Positions 38,998 to 47,658 of a stretch of DNA of 64,000 bases are shown here, in pieces (the first letter of the stretch is position 1; every line of letters starts with the position of its first letter). The notes under the pieces are model-generated. The model worked only from the letters and a program-made list of their open reading frames with translations, was not told the origin of the DNA and ran no database searches. Source of the DNA: a virus; the IMG/VR virus record IMGVR_UViG_3300034104_004920, positions 33,278 through 97,277 of that record. One strand, 5' to 3'. The translations under genes were made by a program, and so were the position numbers.

Positions 38998-39360
38998 TTA
39001 GCTGATTACTTCTGCTAGATACAGTGCAGCTTTGCCGGTGAGCTTGTCAAGAATGTCGTCATCGACTTCCTTGCCACGACCACGAATAGCTTCCTTCAGT
39101 GCGGCAATGGCTGCTTCCTTTGACACACGCTTAGTGCCCTCTGAGCCAGTTCCGGACTTTTTGGTAGTTGTAGTACCAGCTGTGGCTGCTTCCTTTTTTA
39201 CATATACTCCTGCTTGAACAAGAATCATACGTACACCGTTTGCACTCTGCTCATACTCTTGAGCAAGTTCTTGTACAATTTCCAGTGAGTTTTCTGCTGT
39301 GGGATTTGCTGCTTGATATGCTTCGATTACGGTTTGCTTTAGTTCTTCAGTCCATGCCAT
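38998..39360 (-). CDS. T5 D3-like DNA-binding protein
   Basis: WT.EL, EIV.ELA, NGVRM.L..AGVY.KK, RVSK..A...L, I.DKLTGKAA. Confidence 0.8.
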   Translation of the reverse strand: MAWTEELKQTVIEAYQAANPTAENSLEIVQELAQEYEQSANGVRMILVQAGVYVKKEAATAGTTTTKKSGTGSEGTKRVSKEAAIAALKEAIRGRGKEVDDDILDKLTGKAALYLAEVIS

Positions 39361-39372
39361 GATTGTTTTCCT

Positions 39373-39639
39373 TTAGTGATGTGTTGTGGTTGATTTGGGA
39401 TAGCCGTGAGTAATAAGTTCTTCTTCTAACAACTTGTCGTACATTGCTTCGTAACACAACAGCATTTCATAGAATGTTGCTGTTGGTACGATACTTTGTG
39501 GTAGTTCTTCTATTGATAGATTATTTGTGATTGCTACATTTTCTATTTGATCTTTGAATTGTAATACTCGCTCCAAGTTTTGAAATAACAGCCTGTTATC
39601 CCAAAAACGAAACTTTCTTTGCGATTTCGTTACACTCAT
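39373..39639 (-). CDS. hypothetical protein
   Basis: ORF in co-oriented block. Confidence 0.55.
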   Translation of the reverse strand: MSVTKSQRKFRFWDNRLLFQNLERVLQFKDQIENVAITNNLSIEELPQSIVPTATFYEMLLCYEAMYDKLLEEELITHGYPKSTTTHH

Positions 39640-39680
39640 TATAGATTCTTTTCACAAGTTATTCAACATAAAAATTTCTC

Positions 39681-39768
39681 ACCATATCTATAACCACAAA
39701 GGACTCGAACCTCATTTCTAGAATAGTTCCAAACTACCAGAGCGACTGGCTGTGGTTATAGATATGGT
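39681..39768 (-). ncRNA. stem-closed RNA with T-loop-like hairpin
   Basis: perfect 18-bp inverted repeat accatatctataaccaca / tgtggttatagatatggt; interior contains AGG-UUCGAGU-CCU. Confidence 0.5.
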
Positions 39769-39839
39769 GCCGCATGAGGGATTCGAACTCTCGACCTACC
39801 GCTTACAAGGCGGTTGCTCTACCACTGAGCTAAAACGGC
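39765..39839 (-). tRNA. tRNA-Thr(UGU)
   Basis: cloverleaf, loop CU-UGU-AA, encoded CCA. Confidence 0.92.
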
Positions 39840-39953
39840 GGCGGCACGACAGCCCATCCTGTTTTCGTCGTGCACTGAGGCGGGTTCGCAATTGCGGGGT
39901 GTACAGGCCCGCCCAAGACAGCCACCACGTACATTACTGCAGAGGTGGTGGGC
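39840..39953 (-). ncRNA. GC-rich pseudoknotted RNA of unknown class
   Basis: GCCCA/UGGGC, CCACC/GGUGG, GGGCGGG/CCCGCCU helices and crossing GCACGAC/GUCGUGC. Confidence 0.5.
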
Positions 39954-40037
39954 ATTTTATTAGGGTAGCAAGTGGTACGATAACCGTCGCAAGTGCTTAC
40001 TCGACGTACATCACATGAGCTACCCTAATAAAATGCC
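39951..40037 (-). ncRNA. stem-closed RNA cassette
   Basis: perfect 19-bp inverted repeat ggcattttattagggtagc / gctaccctaataaaatgcc. Confidence 0.45.
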
Positions 40038-40378
40038 ACGTGATTTGATAACAAGGACACGTGGCGAAAACCCTGGCTCAGCTAGTTTTTCAGGCTGCTA
40101 GAGCAAATACCTCATCGTTGGCATTTATTTTTGTTTTGCTGTTTCGGCCAGGAAACTCCCAACCCTACGGCTTTCGCATTGCCGAGCTGTCCATTTCGTT
40201 ACTCATTGCCCCGTCGAAACCAGGTCAGGCCCATCAAAAGCATACTAAGCGCACACGCAAACTCCTACAACTTCCGTCATCTAAGCTTGAGGCCTTAAGG
40301 TGTTAAGTATGCTTTTGGTGGACCTGGGCGGAATCGAACCGCCGTCCGGAACACTTTTCTCTCTACTTCATACAGCCA
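40035..40378 (-). ncRNA. ssrA: two-piece (circularly permuted) tmRNA, tag (A)ANDEVFALAA
   Basis: acceptor piece with T-arm ending CAGGUCCACCA at 40316 precedes coding piece starting GGGCCUGACCUGGUUUCGACGGGG at 40232; G3.U70; tag ORF 40122-40090. Confidence 0.92.
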
Positions 40379-40389
40379 TATTTAATTTT

Positions 40390-40662
40390 TCAGATATACT
40401 CTGAAAAATTAATCTTCATGCGTTCTGGAACGAACTCACGATAGTTATTTACCACGTCATATTCTTGGTAAATCTTCATTAGAGCAGCTTGAAACTCCTC
40501 CAGTGCTTTGTTGTACGCTGCGGCAAACTGTGCTTGTTCATCAGCCTCCAGTTCGCTAACATCAATGCAGGCCATTTTGTCAGTTGGATTGTTGAGCACA
40601 AGAGCTTCACGGTTAGAAACCTTGTTATTACGATCCACATATTCAAAGTCAATGAACTTCAA
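40390..40662 (-). CDS. hypothetical protein
   Basis: ORF behind promoter 40688-40716, TTG start with GGAG. Confidence 0.6.
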   Translation of the reverse strand: MKFIDFEYVDRNNKVSNREALVLNNPTDKMACIDVSELEADEQAQFAAAYNKALEEFQAALMKIYQEYDVVNNYREFVPERMKINFSEYI

Positions 40663-40687
40663 GACACTCTCCGTTGTTTAAAAATCT

Positions 40688-40716
40688 ATTATAGCCCTAT
40701 AAACAAAAACATTCAA
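40688..40716 (-). promoter_or_regulatory. sigma70-type promoter
   Basis: TTGAAT-17 nt-TATAAT. Confidence 0.7.
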
Positions 40717-40717
40717 A

Positions 40718-40984
40718 TCAATATTTTTGTTCTGTGATTAAACTGACATACAAACGATTCTTAAATTTTTCACTCAATTTTGGAACCAACACACTCCAGA
40801 TCAAGATTGGAGCTAACACAAAGCCGCCGATTAGTAACGAAAAAGTGGCCATTCTCCAGTTTCGTGCCACCATTGTTTCTGGTTCTGTGATGCGAACTTC
40901 TTTAATAACTGGCCAAAAAAGCTCGTACATTGCAGACAGTGCTGTTGTGATACAGAACAAACAGTAATATCCAAACAGTTCCAT
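40718..40984 (-). CDS. hypothetical membrane protein
   Basis: two hydrophobic segments. Confidence 0.6.
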   Translation of the reverse strand: MELFGYYCLFCITTALSAMYELFWPVIKEVRITEPETMVARNWRMATFSLLIGGFVLAPILIWSVLVPKLSEKFKNRLYVSLITEQKY

Positions 40985-41367
40985 TACACAAACCTCGCAC
41001 GCAAGCCAATTTGAAACATGGTCTTTGTGTTCAAGTCGGGCTGTGTCTTTGTCTTGCTGTACGGACCAGGCATCAACAATGCAGCAGCACTGATCTTTTC
41101 GTTGCTGTGGAAGATGTCACGATCTACACGACCTCTAAAAGTCTTGAACAGTTCAGCAATACGAATCTGAGTGTGTGACCATTGTGGAGTCTTTGGAATC
41201 TTGCGGCGATAAACAATGTTGTTTACAGCCTTTTCAGCCACTTTATCTTCTGGAAAACGTTTTAGATGGCGTGCAATCTTCTTCAATCGGTTAGATTCCC
41301 ACCGCTTTAGGGTCTTGTAGTTATTTGCTTGTGCTGTCTTGCTGTTACCGCCGCTCTTATTGCTCAA
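40984..41367 (-). CDS. basic hypothetical protein
   Basis: NR.KKIARHLKRFPED motif; coupled to neighbours. Confidence 0.6.
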   Translation of the reverse strand: MSNKSGGNSKTAQANNYKTLKRWESNRLKKIARHLKRFPEDKVAEKAVNNIVYRRKIPKTPQWSHTQIRIAELFKTFRGRVDRDIFHSNEKISAAALLMPGPYSKTKTQPDLNTKTMFQIGLRARFV

Positions 41368-42031
41368 TGTGTTCTCCGATAAAAAATTCTTTTAGTGATG
41401 GAAAGTGTTCAACCAGCTGGTCACGACAGCTAAAAGCAACCTGACGATGCTCTTTTTGTGTTCCGGCTTCACACCGAAGTTCGCAGTAGTGAATCCAGCT
41501 ACGCAGAGTGCCGCTCATGTACAACCGGCTCATTGTTAAACCTTCTGGTAGAACGGCACGAGCTTGTTCTTTTGCAATACCGTTACTAATGGCCCAGTCG
41601 TACGTTTGCTTTGCTTTGCGTACTACGTCTTGTTGCAGTTCTTTCCACAGATCTTGCAGTTCAGTATCGCTGGTTTCAATACTGTTTTGACGGTTTTTAT
41701 TGTCTTGCAGTCGCGCTTCTTTAAACTCAAAACCCAGCTCGTCTACAACAGCATATCGCTGAGAAAACTCCTGAAATGAAAAGCTGCGGTGTCGTAGGAT
41801 CTGACGTGCAATGTCACGAGTTGTATTGATTTCCATTACAACACTCACCATTTCAAATGGCGACCAGTGCTTGTTTTTAGCCAGGTATTTTAACAGCTTT
41901 GAGGCTGTTGAGGTATTGTGTTGGTTACTTGGATTGCTGACTCGTGCTGTGTAGGCAACCAAGTCTTCTGCACTGGACAGGTCTAACTCAAGAGGTTTTG
42001 TGATACCAATAATTTTGGCAATGTGCATCAA
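41357..42031 (-). CDS. thyX: FAD-dependent thymidylate synthase
   Basis: HWSPFE, RQILRHRSFSFQEFSQRY, ARAVLP, TQKEHR. Confidence 0.95.
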   Translation of the reverse strand: MMHIAKIIGITKPLELDLSSAEDLVAYTARVSNPSNQHNTSTASKLLKYLAKNKHWSPFEMVSVVMEINTTRDIARQILRHRSFSFQEFSQRYAVVDELGFEFKEARLQDNKNRQNSIETSDTELQDLWKELQQDVVRKAKQTYDWAISNGIAKEQARAVLPEGLTMSRLYMSGTLRSWIHYCELRCEAGTQKEHRQVAFSCRDQLVEHFPSLKEFFIGEHIEQ

Positions 42032-42312
42032 AACTCCGAAGTTGATGGAGTATCAAAACTGTTCTGTGCTACTTTTTGTGCGTTGTAGACTTGTTCTACA
42101 TCAAACATTAAGTCACCCAGTTCTGTTAAAACCTCAACTGGAAGCGGCATTACGCGACCGCACGTGTCGCGAATAACAAACTCGTCGTTGTCTGTGTATT
42201 GGACCTCAAACCAGTAGTGATTTACACCATCACTAAACACTGGAAAATCGTCGTCTTGTTGTAGGTCGTGAATTTTTGTGTTGATCTTTCCGATATACTT
42301 TGATAGATTCAT
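42028..42312 (-). CDS. hypothetical protein
   Basis: acidic ORF coupled to thyX. Confidence 0.55.
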   Translation of the reverse strand: MNLSKYIGKINTKIHDLQQDDDFPVFSDGVNHYWFEVQYTDNDEFVIRDTCGRVMPLPVEVLTELGDLMFDVEQVYNAQKVAQNSFDTPSTSEF

Positions 42313-42343
42313 TTTGATTTTGATTTTGATTTGTGTTGTTGAT

Positions 42344-42418
42344 TGGCGGTCCTGACGGGAATCGAACCCGTGTCACCGGCGTGACAGGCCGGCATAATAA
42401 CCGTTATACTACAGAACC
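42344..42418 (-). tRNA. tRNA-Asp(GUC)
   Basis: cloverleaf, CU-GUC-AC, G73, CCA. Confidence 0.92.
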
Positions 42419-42745
42419 TTTGATTTCGCCATTATTGTAAGCGTGTAGAAACTCTTTGTTGTATTGCTCAACAGAGCATCCAGTTGAGTTTATAACAAAC
42501 TGCTCCAGTTGAAGGTCTTTAAAGCCGTAGCTCATGCCTTCTAGAATTGCTGCAAAGATAAAGTAATTGTTCATATTTACTTAGCTAATAGTTTTACTTG
42601 GACGCAGGTGGCTTCTTGGTATTTTACTGCTTGCTGCATTCTAACACAGCTGGCTAGGTCTTCTACTGGAGGCCCGAACACAGTTGGTTTACCACCAGAA
42701 CTAATTACCAATACCCACACCAGTACAAAAGTTGTCATATTTATT

Positions 42746-42821
42746 TGGCCCCCACTCTTAGATTCGAACTAAGCACGCCAGGCTCTTCAGGCCTGCGCTC
42801 TACCAACTGAGCTAAATGGGG
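42746..42821 (-). tRNA. tRNA-Phe(GAA)
   Basis: cloverleaf, CU-GAA-GA, CCA. Confidence 0.9.
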
Positions 42822-43093
42822 ATAGAAGATACAAAACCTTCGCCTTCTGCTACAACACACATAATGTTATTGTCTGTTAAAACAAAAGTCCAGGTTTTAG
42901 TTGTTTTGTTCAAAAACAAACCGTATACAATCTCCTTTTTTTGTGACATCCAAACTGGAGATTCTTTGTACTTGGTTTGTAGTGCGTTAACTACTACATC
43001 GTGCTTGTCGCACTGTAGTGTGCTGTTTATTGTGACGGGATCAGCATATGCTAGATTTGCTGATAGTGCAAGCATTAAAAATGCTTTTTTCAT
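42812..43093 (-). CDS. small secreted protein
   Basis: signal peptide (AYA-D), two Cys, TWT..LT...C....GEG. Confidence 0.6.
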   Translation of the reverse strand: MKKAFLMLALSANLAYADPVTINSTLQCDKHDVVVNALQTKYKESPVWMSQKKEIVYGLFLNKTTKTWTFVLTDNNIMCVVAEGEGFVSSIPI

Positions 43094-43102
43094 ATAATCC
43101 TT

Positions 43103-43177
43103 TGGTACATCCTGTAAGAATTGAACTCACGACCCTTTCCGTGTAAAGGAAACGCTCTACCACTGAGCTAAGGATGC
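43103..43177 (-). tRNA. tRNA-Val(UAC)
   Basis: cloverleaf, UU-UAC-AC, CCA. Confidence 0.92.
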
Positions 43178-43178
43178 A

Positions 43179-43257
43179 TGGAGCGGGTAGGGAGAGTCGA
43201 ACTCCGCGTTAATCAGCTTGGAAGGCTGCTCCTGGCCCCTTCAGGTAGTCTACCCGC
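43179..43257 (-). tRNA. tRNA-Gly(UCC), atypical D-arm
   Basis: GCGGGUA/UACCCGC acceptor, U73, CU-UCC-AA, CCA; no U8 and non-canonical D region. Confidence 0.8.
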
Positions 43258-43347
43258 AGTTTTAGTTTGATACTACTACACAACTAACAAAATTGTGTTT
43301 TGAAATACCCCATACAATGAAGCTGGGCTTGTGTGGTGTTAGTACAA

Positions 43348-43587
43348 TCACAGTTGATGTACACCAGCACTGACGTCTTGATCTTCCAAGTAGGCAAGCA
43401 GAGTGTCTACTGCTTCGTCGTATTCCATGTTGGATACATCTGGTACAGTATCCATGTGGAAGTCTTCATCTTCCAAGAAGCCCAGAATTGCATCTACACC
43501 AGAAATGCAGTCGTCGTACACTTCGATTTGAACTTTACCGTCAATGTGATGATAAGCTGCAATTACAAAACTGTAAAGAGGTTCCAT
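43348..43587 (-). CDS. acidic hypothetical protein
   Basis: AGGA RBS, downstream of a TTGAGT/TAAAAT promoter-like site. Confidence 0.55.
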   Translation of the reverse strand: MEPLYSFVIAAYHHIDGKVQIEVYDDCISGVDAILGFLEDEDFHMDTVPDVSNMEYDEAVDTLLAYLEDQDVSAGVHQL

Positions 43588-43661
43588 TTGTTTGTTCCTT
43601 TGTTAGCGTTAAAAGAATATTTTACTTCAAAAACACAACACACTCAAGATTAAAATTTTAT

Positions 43662-43754
43662 TGGAGGAAGCGGTGAGACTCGAACTCACACACCTTTTTC
43701 AAGGCCTTCTGTTTTCAAGACAGTTGCCGCTAGTCCAACTCGGCTAACGCTTCC
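43662..43754 (-). tRNA. tRNA-Ser(UGA)
   Basis: long variable arm, CU-UGA-AA, CCA. Confidence 0.9.
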
Positions 43755-43758
43755 TTTT

Positions 43759-44316
43759 TTATTTATTTGCTAATGGATTGTCGAGTGCTTTCTTTATTTT
43801 TTCATCCATTTCTTTTGACATTTTTCTAAGATCTTGATCAGTTTCACGATCTAGTTTATTCATTTCCATTCTTACAGATTTCATTTCTTGATCTACGTCG
43901 CGTTGACTTTGTTTTGCACTTCTTTCAACGTTATCTACAACGCCTTCTAGTCTGCGAATATCTGTTTTTAGATCGTTTTTAATGTTGTTTGTGTAGTCTG
44001 TGGCTTGGGCTACATTAGTCTCTATGCCATCTAGTTTTTTGTCTAGTACACTTAACTTTTCAGTTATAGCAGTTAGGTCTGGGGTAACATATTCTGCTAT
44101 TTTCTTTTTCATGTTTTGATAGTCTTTGTAGACCTCAAAAGCCCCATATAATCCGCCTAAAATACTACTTGCAAGTGTAAAAGCTACCATTAGTTTAGCT
44201 GGCGTAAACTCATATCCGCCAATACTGATTACAGTATCTTTGCTTGCGTATTTTTTGGCCGTTTTTTCAAGTTGTTCTATTTTTTGATCAAGATCTTTTG
44301 TCTCCGCCATTATCAA
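43759..44316 (-). CDS. single-TM coiled-coil protein
   Basis: TM (AFTLASSILGGLYGAF) then heptads; ends KALDNPLA. Confidence 0.7.
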   Translation of the reverse strand: MIMAETKDLDQKIEQLEKTAKKYASKDTVISIGGYEFTPAKLMVAFTLASSILGGLYGAFEVYKDYQNMKKKIAEYVTPDLTAITEKLSVLDKKLDGIETNVAQATDYTNNIKNDLKTDIRRLEGVVDNVERSAKQSQRDVDQEMKSVRMEMNKLDRETDQDLRKMSKEMDEKIKKALDNPLANK

Positions 44317-45539
44317 TCTCCACGCCTGAACTGTATATCTACTAGTTCCTGCCAGCGGTTTTCTTGTGCGCCACCTAGTGTTCTTTGTGCGCTTCTGTTG
44401 TCGATTGTTCTTTGATTTCTATATACCTCTCGTACTGGATAAAAAGGAATGTCTTTTAAGACCAAAGCACTGTAGTTTGAAAAGCCAGTTGGTATAACCT
44501 GAAAAGCACTAACCTCTGGTCCGCCTACAATTTCTTGCGGTGAATTAACCGCCAGTGGTTGTTGTTTTTCTGTTGTTTGAGTAGGTTTAGGTGCAACATT
44601 CTGTATTAAAACTACTGGATTTTCTTTTTGTTCTTGTACTACTACTTCTTGCTGAACAACCACTCTAGTATTTTCTGTTACCCTGCTTGCTACCACATTT
44701 TGTTGCGTTGCGCGCTGCAGTGCTGTTGGTACAATCTCTGTGGCTTCTACTGCAGTGGTTCTACCACAAATCTGTGGGTTTGTACTACAATTCTTTTCTA
44801 AAAGTGCTCTGGAGTATCCGGGGCACTGTGTGCTGTATAGTGGGTCTAAGTTACATTGTTGAGACAAATAGGCAGCATTGTAGTTTTTACAAGAAACATT
44901 GTATACTGGGTTAAAGTCGCACTGCTGTAGTGGATCGTAGTAGTAACTAAAATCTTTTAGCTCTGTGTTATTTCCATAGCTTCTAAACCAGTTTTTATAT
45001 TCATATTTACTTAAGTCACCGCTGTAACCTATTGTAACTGGCTGGCGAGATAACGACACAGAGTTGTATCTAAACTCAAAACTGTTGTTATTCCACAACT
45101 GTACTTCAAAGCTGTTTTTTCTAACAGGATTACGATATTCCATCATATCGTACCAGCCTATTACTACATTGTCGGTCCCCAGTCTTATATAAGGACTTTT
45201 GTTGTTAGACACTAAGTCTGTCCAAAGTGGAAACAATGTGTAATTGTACTGAGAATCCAGGTTTTTATTTAATACCTGCGGCCAATACCCGGGCCTTATG
45301 TTTTCATTAAAACTAACAATGCCATTGGTATTTACTGCAACAGTATTAAAATTTCTTCCGAAAAACTGAAAGCTAAAAGGCAGTGTTATAGGACCACTGG
45401 TACCCTCGTCACTTAAGTTGAGTGGCGTTCCTGTTTTTCGTATGTCTAATAGTGGATTAGTGCTGTGAAAAGTCTGAGCACTAGAACAGCCAACCCATGA
45501 TCCTAGTAAACAAGCCAGGACTGTTACTTGTTTTTTCAT
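44313..45539 (-). CDS. secreted protein with NIDO-like domain and Cys repeats
   Basis: signal peptide; LSDEG.SGPI.LPFSF.FFG......V.TNGIVSF...FPLWTDL...NSFEV.L; repeats QQC..[ND]P.Y...C..Y. Confidence 0.7.
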   Translation of the reverse strand: MKKQVTVLACLLGSWVGCSSAQTFHSTNPLLDIRKTGTPLNLSDEGTSGPITLPFSFQFFGRNFNTVAVNTNGIVSFNENIRPGYWPQVLNKNLDSQYNYTLFPLWTDLVSNNKSPYIRLGTDNVVIGWYDMMEYRNPVRKNSFEVQLWNNNSFEFRYNSVSLSRQPVTIGYSGDLSKYEYKNWFRSYGNNTELKDFSYYYDPLQQCDFNPVYNVSCKNYNAAYLSQQCNLDPLYSTQCPGYSRALLEKNCSTNPQICGRTTAVEATEIVPTALQRATQQNVVASRVTENTRVVVQQEVVVQEQKENPVVLIQNVAPKPTQTTEKQQPLAVNSPQEIVGGPEVSAFQVIPTGFSNYSALVLKDIPFYPVREVYRNQRTIDNRSAQRTLGGAQENRWQELVDIQFRRGD

Positions 45540-46119
45540 TTTGTGTGTCCTTGTTCAAGACTGGTTTTTGATGTGGATTGTTAGTCCACAAGACCTTGGC
45601 TTGGTCGCCTATTTTTCCATCATACGGACAAGGAGTGCCTGCTTCCCACATGGCATCAAACACTCGTCTGTCTTGACACAACAGTGTAACAGCTGCCACT
45701 TTCATTCCCATGTCGAATAGCGTTTTGCTCAGCTTTAGTCGTTCACAGTTTAGATCTCGCACAGTACTACCACTGCTCAATCCCAACACCTGAGTTTGCA
45801 TTGCACCGCCTGTTCCTGTAGCGCATAAATCTGGGTTACCGCCACTCATCATGCTTGGCGCAACAGCCGTTGGCGGAGGCTGGATTATTTTTTGCACAGT
45901 ATCGTTTTTGTTGGTACTTTCTTGTACAACACTGCTTTGATTTATATTTGTATTTGTGCTGGTAGTATTTCCGTTATTTGTGCTAGTAATAACACTAGTA
46001 GTTGTATTTGTAGTATTTGTATTTGTGTCTAACAGACTCTTATTGTCGTAGACGGTTTGCCCAAACACATAAAAGCTGCTAATGCAAAGCATTGCAGCTA
46101 CAATTTTTGTCTTTAACAT
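45481..46119 (-). CDS. secreted protein with T/N-rich stalk and Cys-rich domain
   Basis: signal peptide; PPPTAVAP...DLC...D.NCERLKLSKTL.DMGMKVAAV.LLCQD.RVF.AM..AGTPCP. Confidence 0.7.
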   Translation of the reverse strand: MLKTKIVAAMLCISSFYVFGQTVYDNKSLLDTNTNTTNTTTSVITSTNNGNTTSTNTNINQSSVVQESTNKNDTVQKIIQPPPTAVAPSMMSGGNPDLCATGTGGAMQTQVLGLSSGSTVRDLNCERLKLSKTLFDMGMKVAAVTLLCQDRRVFDAMWEAGTPCPYDGKIGDQAKVLWTNNPHQKPVLNKDTQNEKTSNSPGLFTRIMGWLF

Positions 46120-46132
46120 TACTGCTCCTAAT

Positions 46133-46207
46133 TGGGTTCCCATTACGGACTCGAACCGCAACTCCAAGGTTTTGGAGACCTGGCGACTACCACTATCTTA
46201 ATGGGAA
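46133..46207 (-). tRNA. tRNA-Trp(CCA)
   Basis: CU-CCA-AA, T-arm, CCA; atypical U1-A72 and C73. Confidence 0.82.
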
Positions 46208-46376
46208 TCAGACAATCAATTCGCTATACTGTGGAAAAAATAAACTGGTCTTGTGTACCCAACTTATAACTCTTGCATTGGTTCTAGGGTCGTGATACAC
46301 TATTTGATAGGTGTCGCTAAATCTGTTTAAGATTTCACACCCAACTGTTAGTCCACTAGGAGTTTTATATATTACT

Positions 46377-46535
46377 TCAGGCATATCTGTTTAGTTCAAT
46401 TTGTACAAACTCTTCTTTTGCTGAACCGCAGTGTGGACAGTTCCAGTACTTGGGTAGTTGTTCCCAGCTCATGCCTGTATCTTCTTCGTCGTATAAATAC
46501 TCACACACTGTACACACCCAATTGTGGTTTTCCAT
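46377..46535 (-). CDS. rubredoxin
   Basis: WVCTVC.YLYD...G..W..LP..W.CPHCG..K..F. Confidence 0.88.
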   Translation of the reverse strand: MENHNWVCTVCEYLYDEEDTGMSWEQLPKYWNCPHCGSAKEEFVQIELNRYA

Positions 46536-46552
46536 TTTAAATTCCTTTTTGT

Positions 46553-46630
46553 TGGAACACAGGGTGAGATTCGAACTCACGAATCAACGGGTTTGCAATC
46601 CGCGCCATTGGACCGCTCTGGTACCTGTGT
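46553..46630 (-). tRNA. tRNA-Cys(GCA)
   Basis: UU-GCA-AA, U73, CCA. Confidence 0.9.
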
Positions 46631-46640
46631 ATTAATTATT

Positions 46641-46729
46641 TGGCGGAAGTAGTAGGACTCGAACCTACGCGCCCCTATTAAGGACGACAGTTTAGCAAAC
46701 TGCTGGTTTAACCACTCACCCATACTTCC
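46641..46729 (-). tRNA. tRNA-Ser(GCU)
   Basis: long variable arm, UU-GCU-AA, G73, CCA. Confidence 0.92.
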
Positions 46730-46875
46730 TTAGTAAAAGACTCTAGAATGTGTTTAAGAGAATGCACTTCTCTCCAAAACTGGAACCACACCAACCACGA
46801 TATGGTATTTTGGATACTGTTTCACCGTTCTAGATCGGCTGCTGGTAAGGCACTTTGTCTCACATCTTTTACTAA
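46730..46875 (-). ncRNA. stem-closed multibranch RNA between tRNA-Asn and tRNA-Ser
   Basis: ttagtaaaaga / tcttttactaa; inner UCUAGAA/UUCUAGA, UCCAAAA/UUUUGGA, AGAGAA/UUCUCU. Confidence 0.5.
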
Positions 46876-46880
46876 AGAAC

Positions 46881-46955
46881 TGGCTCCCCCGGGATGGATC
46901 GAACATCCGACCAATTGATTAACAGTCAACTGCTCTACCGCTGAGCTACAGGGGA
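46881..46955 (-). tRNA. tRNA-Asn(GUU)
   Basis: CU-GUU-AA, G73, CCA. Confidence 0.92.
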
Positions 46956-47142
46956 ATATTTTATGGTCTACTGTGGATTATATAGTCTTTTACAACATCT
47001 GGATCTACATCCCACTGTTGTAGTGGAGTGAGCAATCCAAAAGCTACGTTTGGTGAATTCCACCAGTTGTCGCACAACAGCTTACTGCCTAAAATATAGT
47101 ACACTGCGAGCTGATATACTGAAGGAATTTGTGTTATAGTTG

Positions 47143-47451
47143 TCATGTGTGGTCTACAATTTTGATGCCGGCGGCAGAGATGGCACTGCAACAGATACTA
47201 CACGGCTTTGCTGGGGCCGGAGAACCGTCTTCCAAGAACCGAAAAATCTTCATGCTATGTGCTTTAGATAAGTCTTTACACAAAGTAATAGCATGGACTT
47301 CGGCATGAAGATACATTTTGTACGGTTCTCCGGTTTTAACAGCGTGATGAGCCTGAAGTGGATGTGTTTTGACGTAACTGTTTTTACCAATGCTCAACAC
47401 ACGTCCACGACGGTCATAGATTATTGCAGTGATCTTGTATTGCTTCGACAT
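47143..47451 (-). CDS. zinc-dependent cytidine/dCMP deaminase-fold protein
   Basis: HAE and PCSIC motifs. Confidence 0.75.
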   Translation of the reverse strand: MSKQYKITAIIYDRRGRVLSIGKNSYVKTHPLQAHHAVKTGEPYKMYLHAEVHAITLCKDLSKAHSMKIFRFLEDGSPAPAKPCSICCSAISAAGIKIVDHT

Positions 47452-47458
47452 AGACTAT

Positions 47459-47487
47459 ATTATAGCCTAGTGTGCGTTGTTTTTCAA
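47459..47487 (-). promoter_or_regulatory. sigma70-type promoter
   Basis: TTGAAA-17 nt-TATAAT. Confidence 0.7.
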
Positions 47488-47658
47488 GTCTGAGTTTTTG
47501 ACTTCTTTTGTGCAACTATCACAGGAGTTGTCAAACTCTTTATTTTCTCGTGCGTGAACGGCACGTTCTGCTGCTTTGCAAGCCTCCAGTGTGTCAAACA
47601 CACAACGGCCCTTTTCACCATACTTGTACTTGTTGTTATTGCATTTATAGCACGGCAT
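47467..47658 (-). CDS. small Cys-containing hypothetical protein
   Basis: MPC.KC...KYKYG..G.C.F.T...C..AERA. Confidence 0.5.
   Translation of the reverse strand: MPCYKCNNNKYKYGEKGRCVFDTLEACKAAERAVHARENKEFDNSCDSCTKEVKNSDLKNNAH

Noticed and set aside
42310-42335. attttg triple repeat before ORF 42028-42312
   Set aside because: Short low-complexity A-rich leader; no evidence of a function beyond translation enhancement
46208-46375. Additional ncRNA between rubredoxin and tRNA-Trp
   Set aside because: Only two short hairpins and no closing stem; insufficient support
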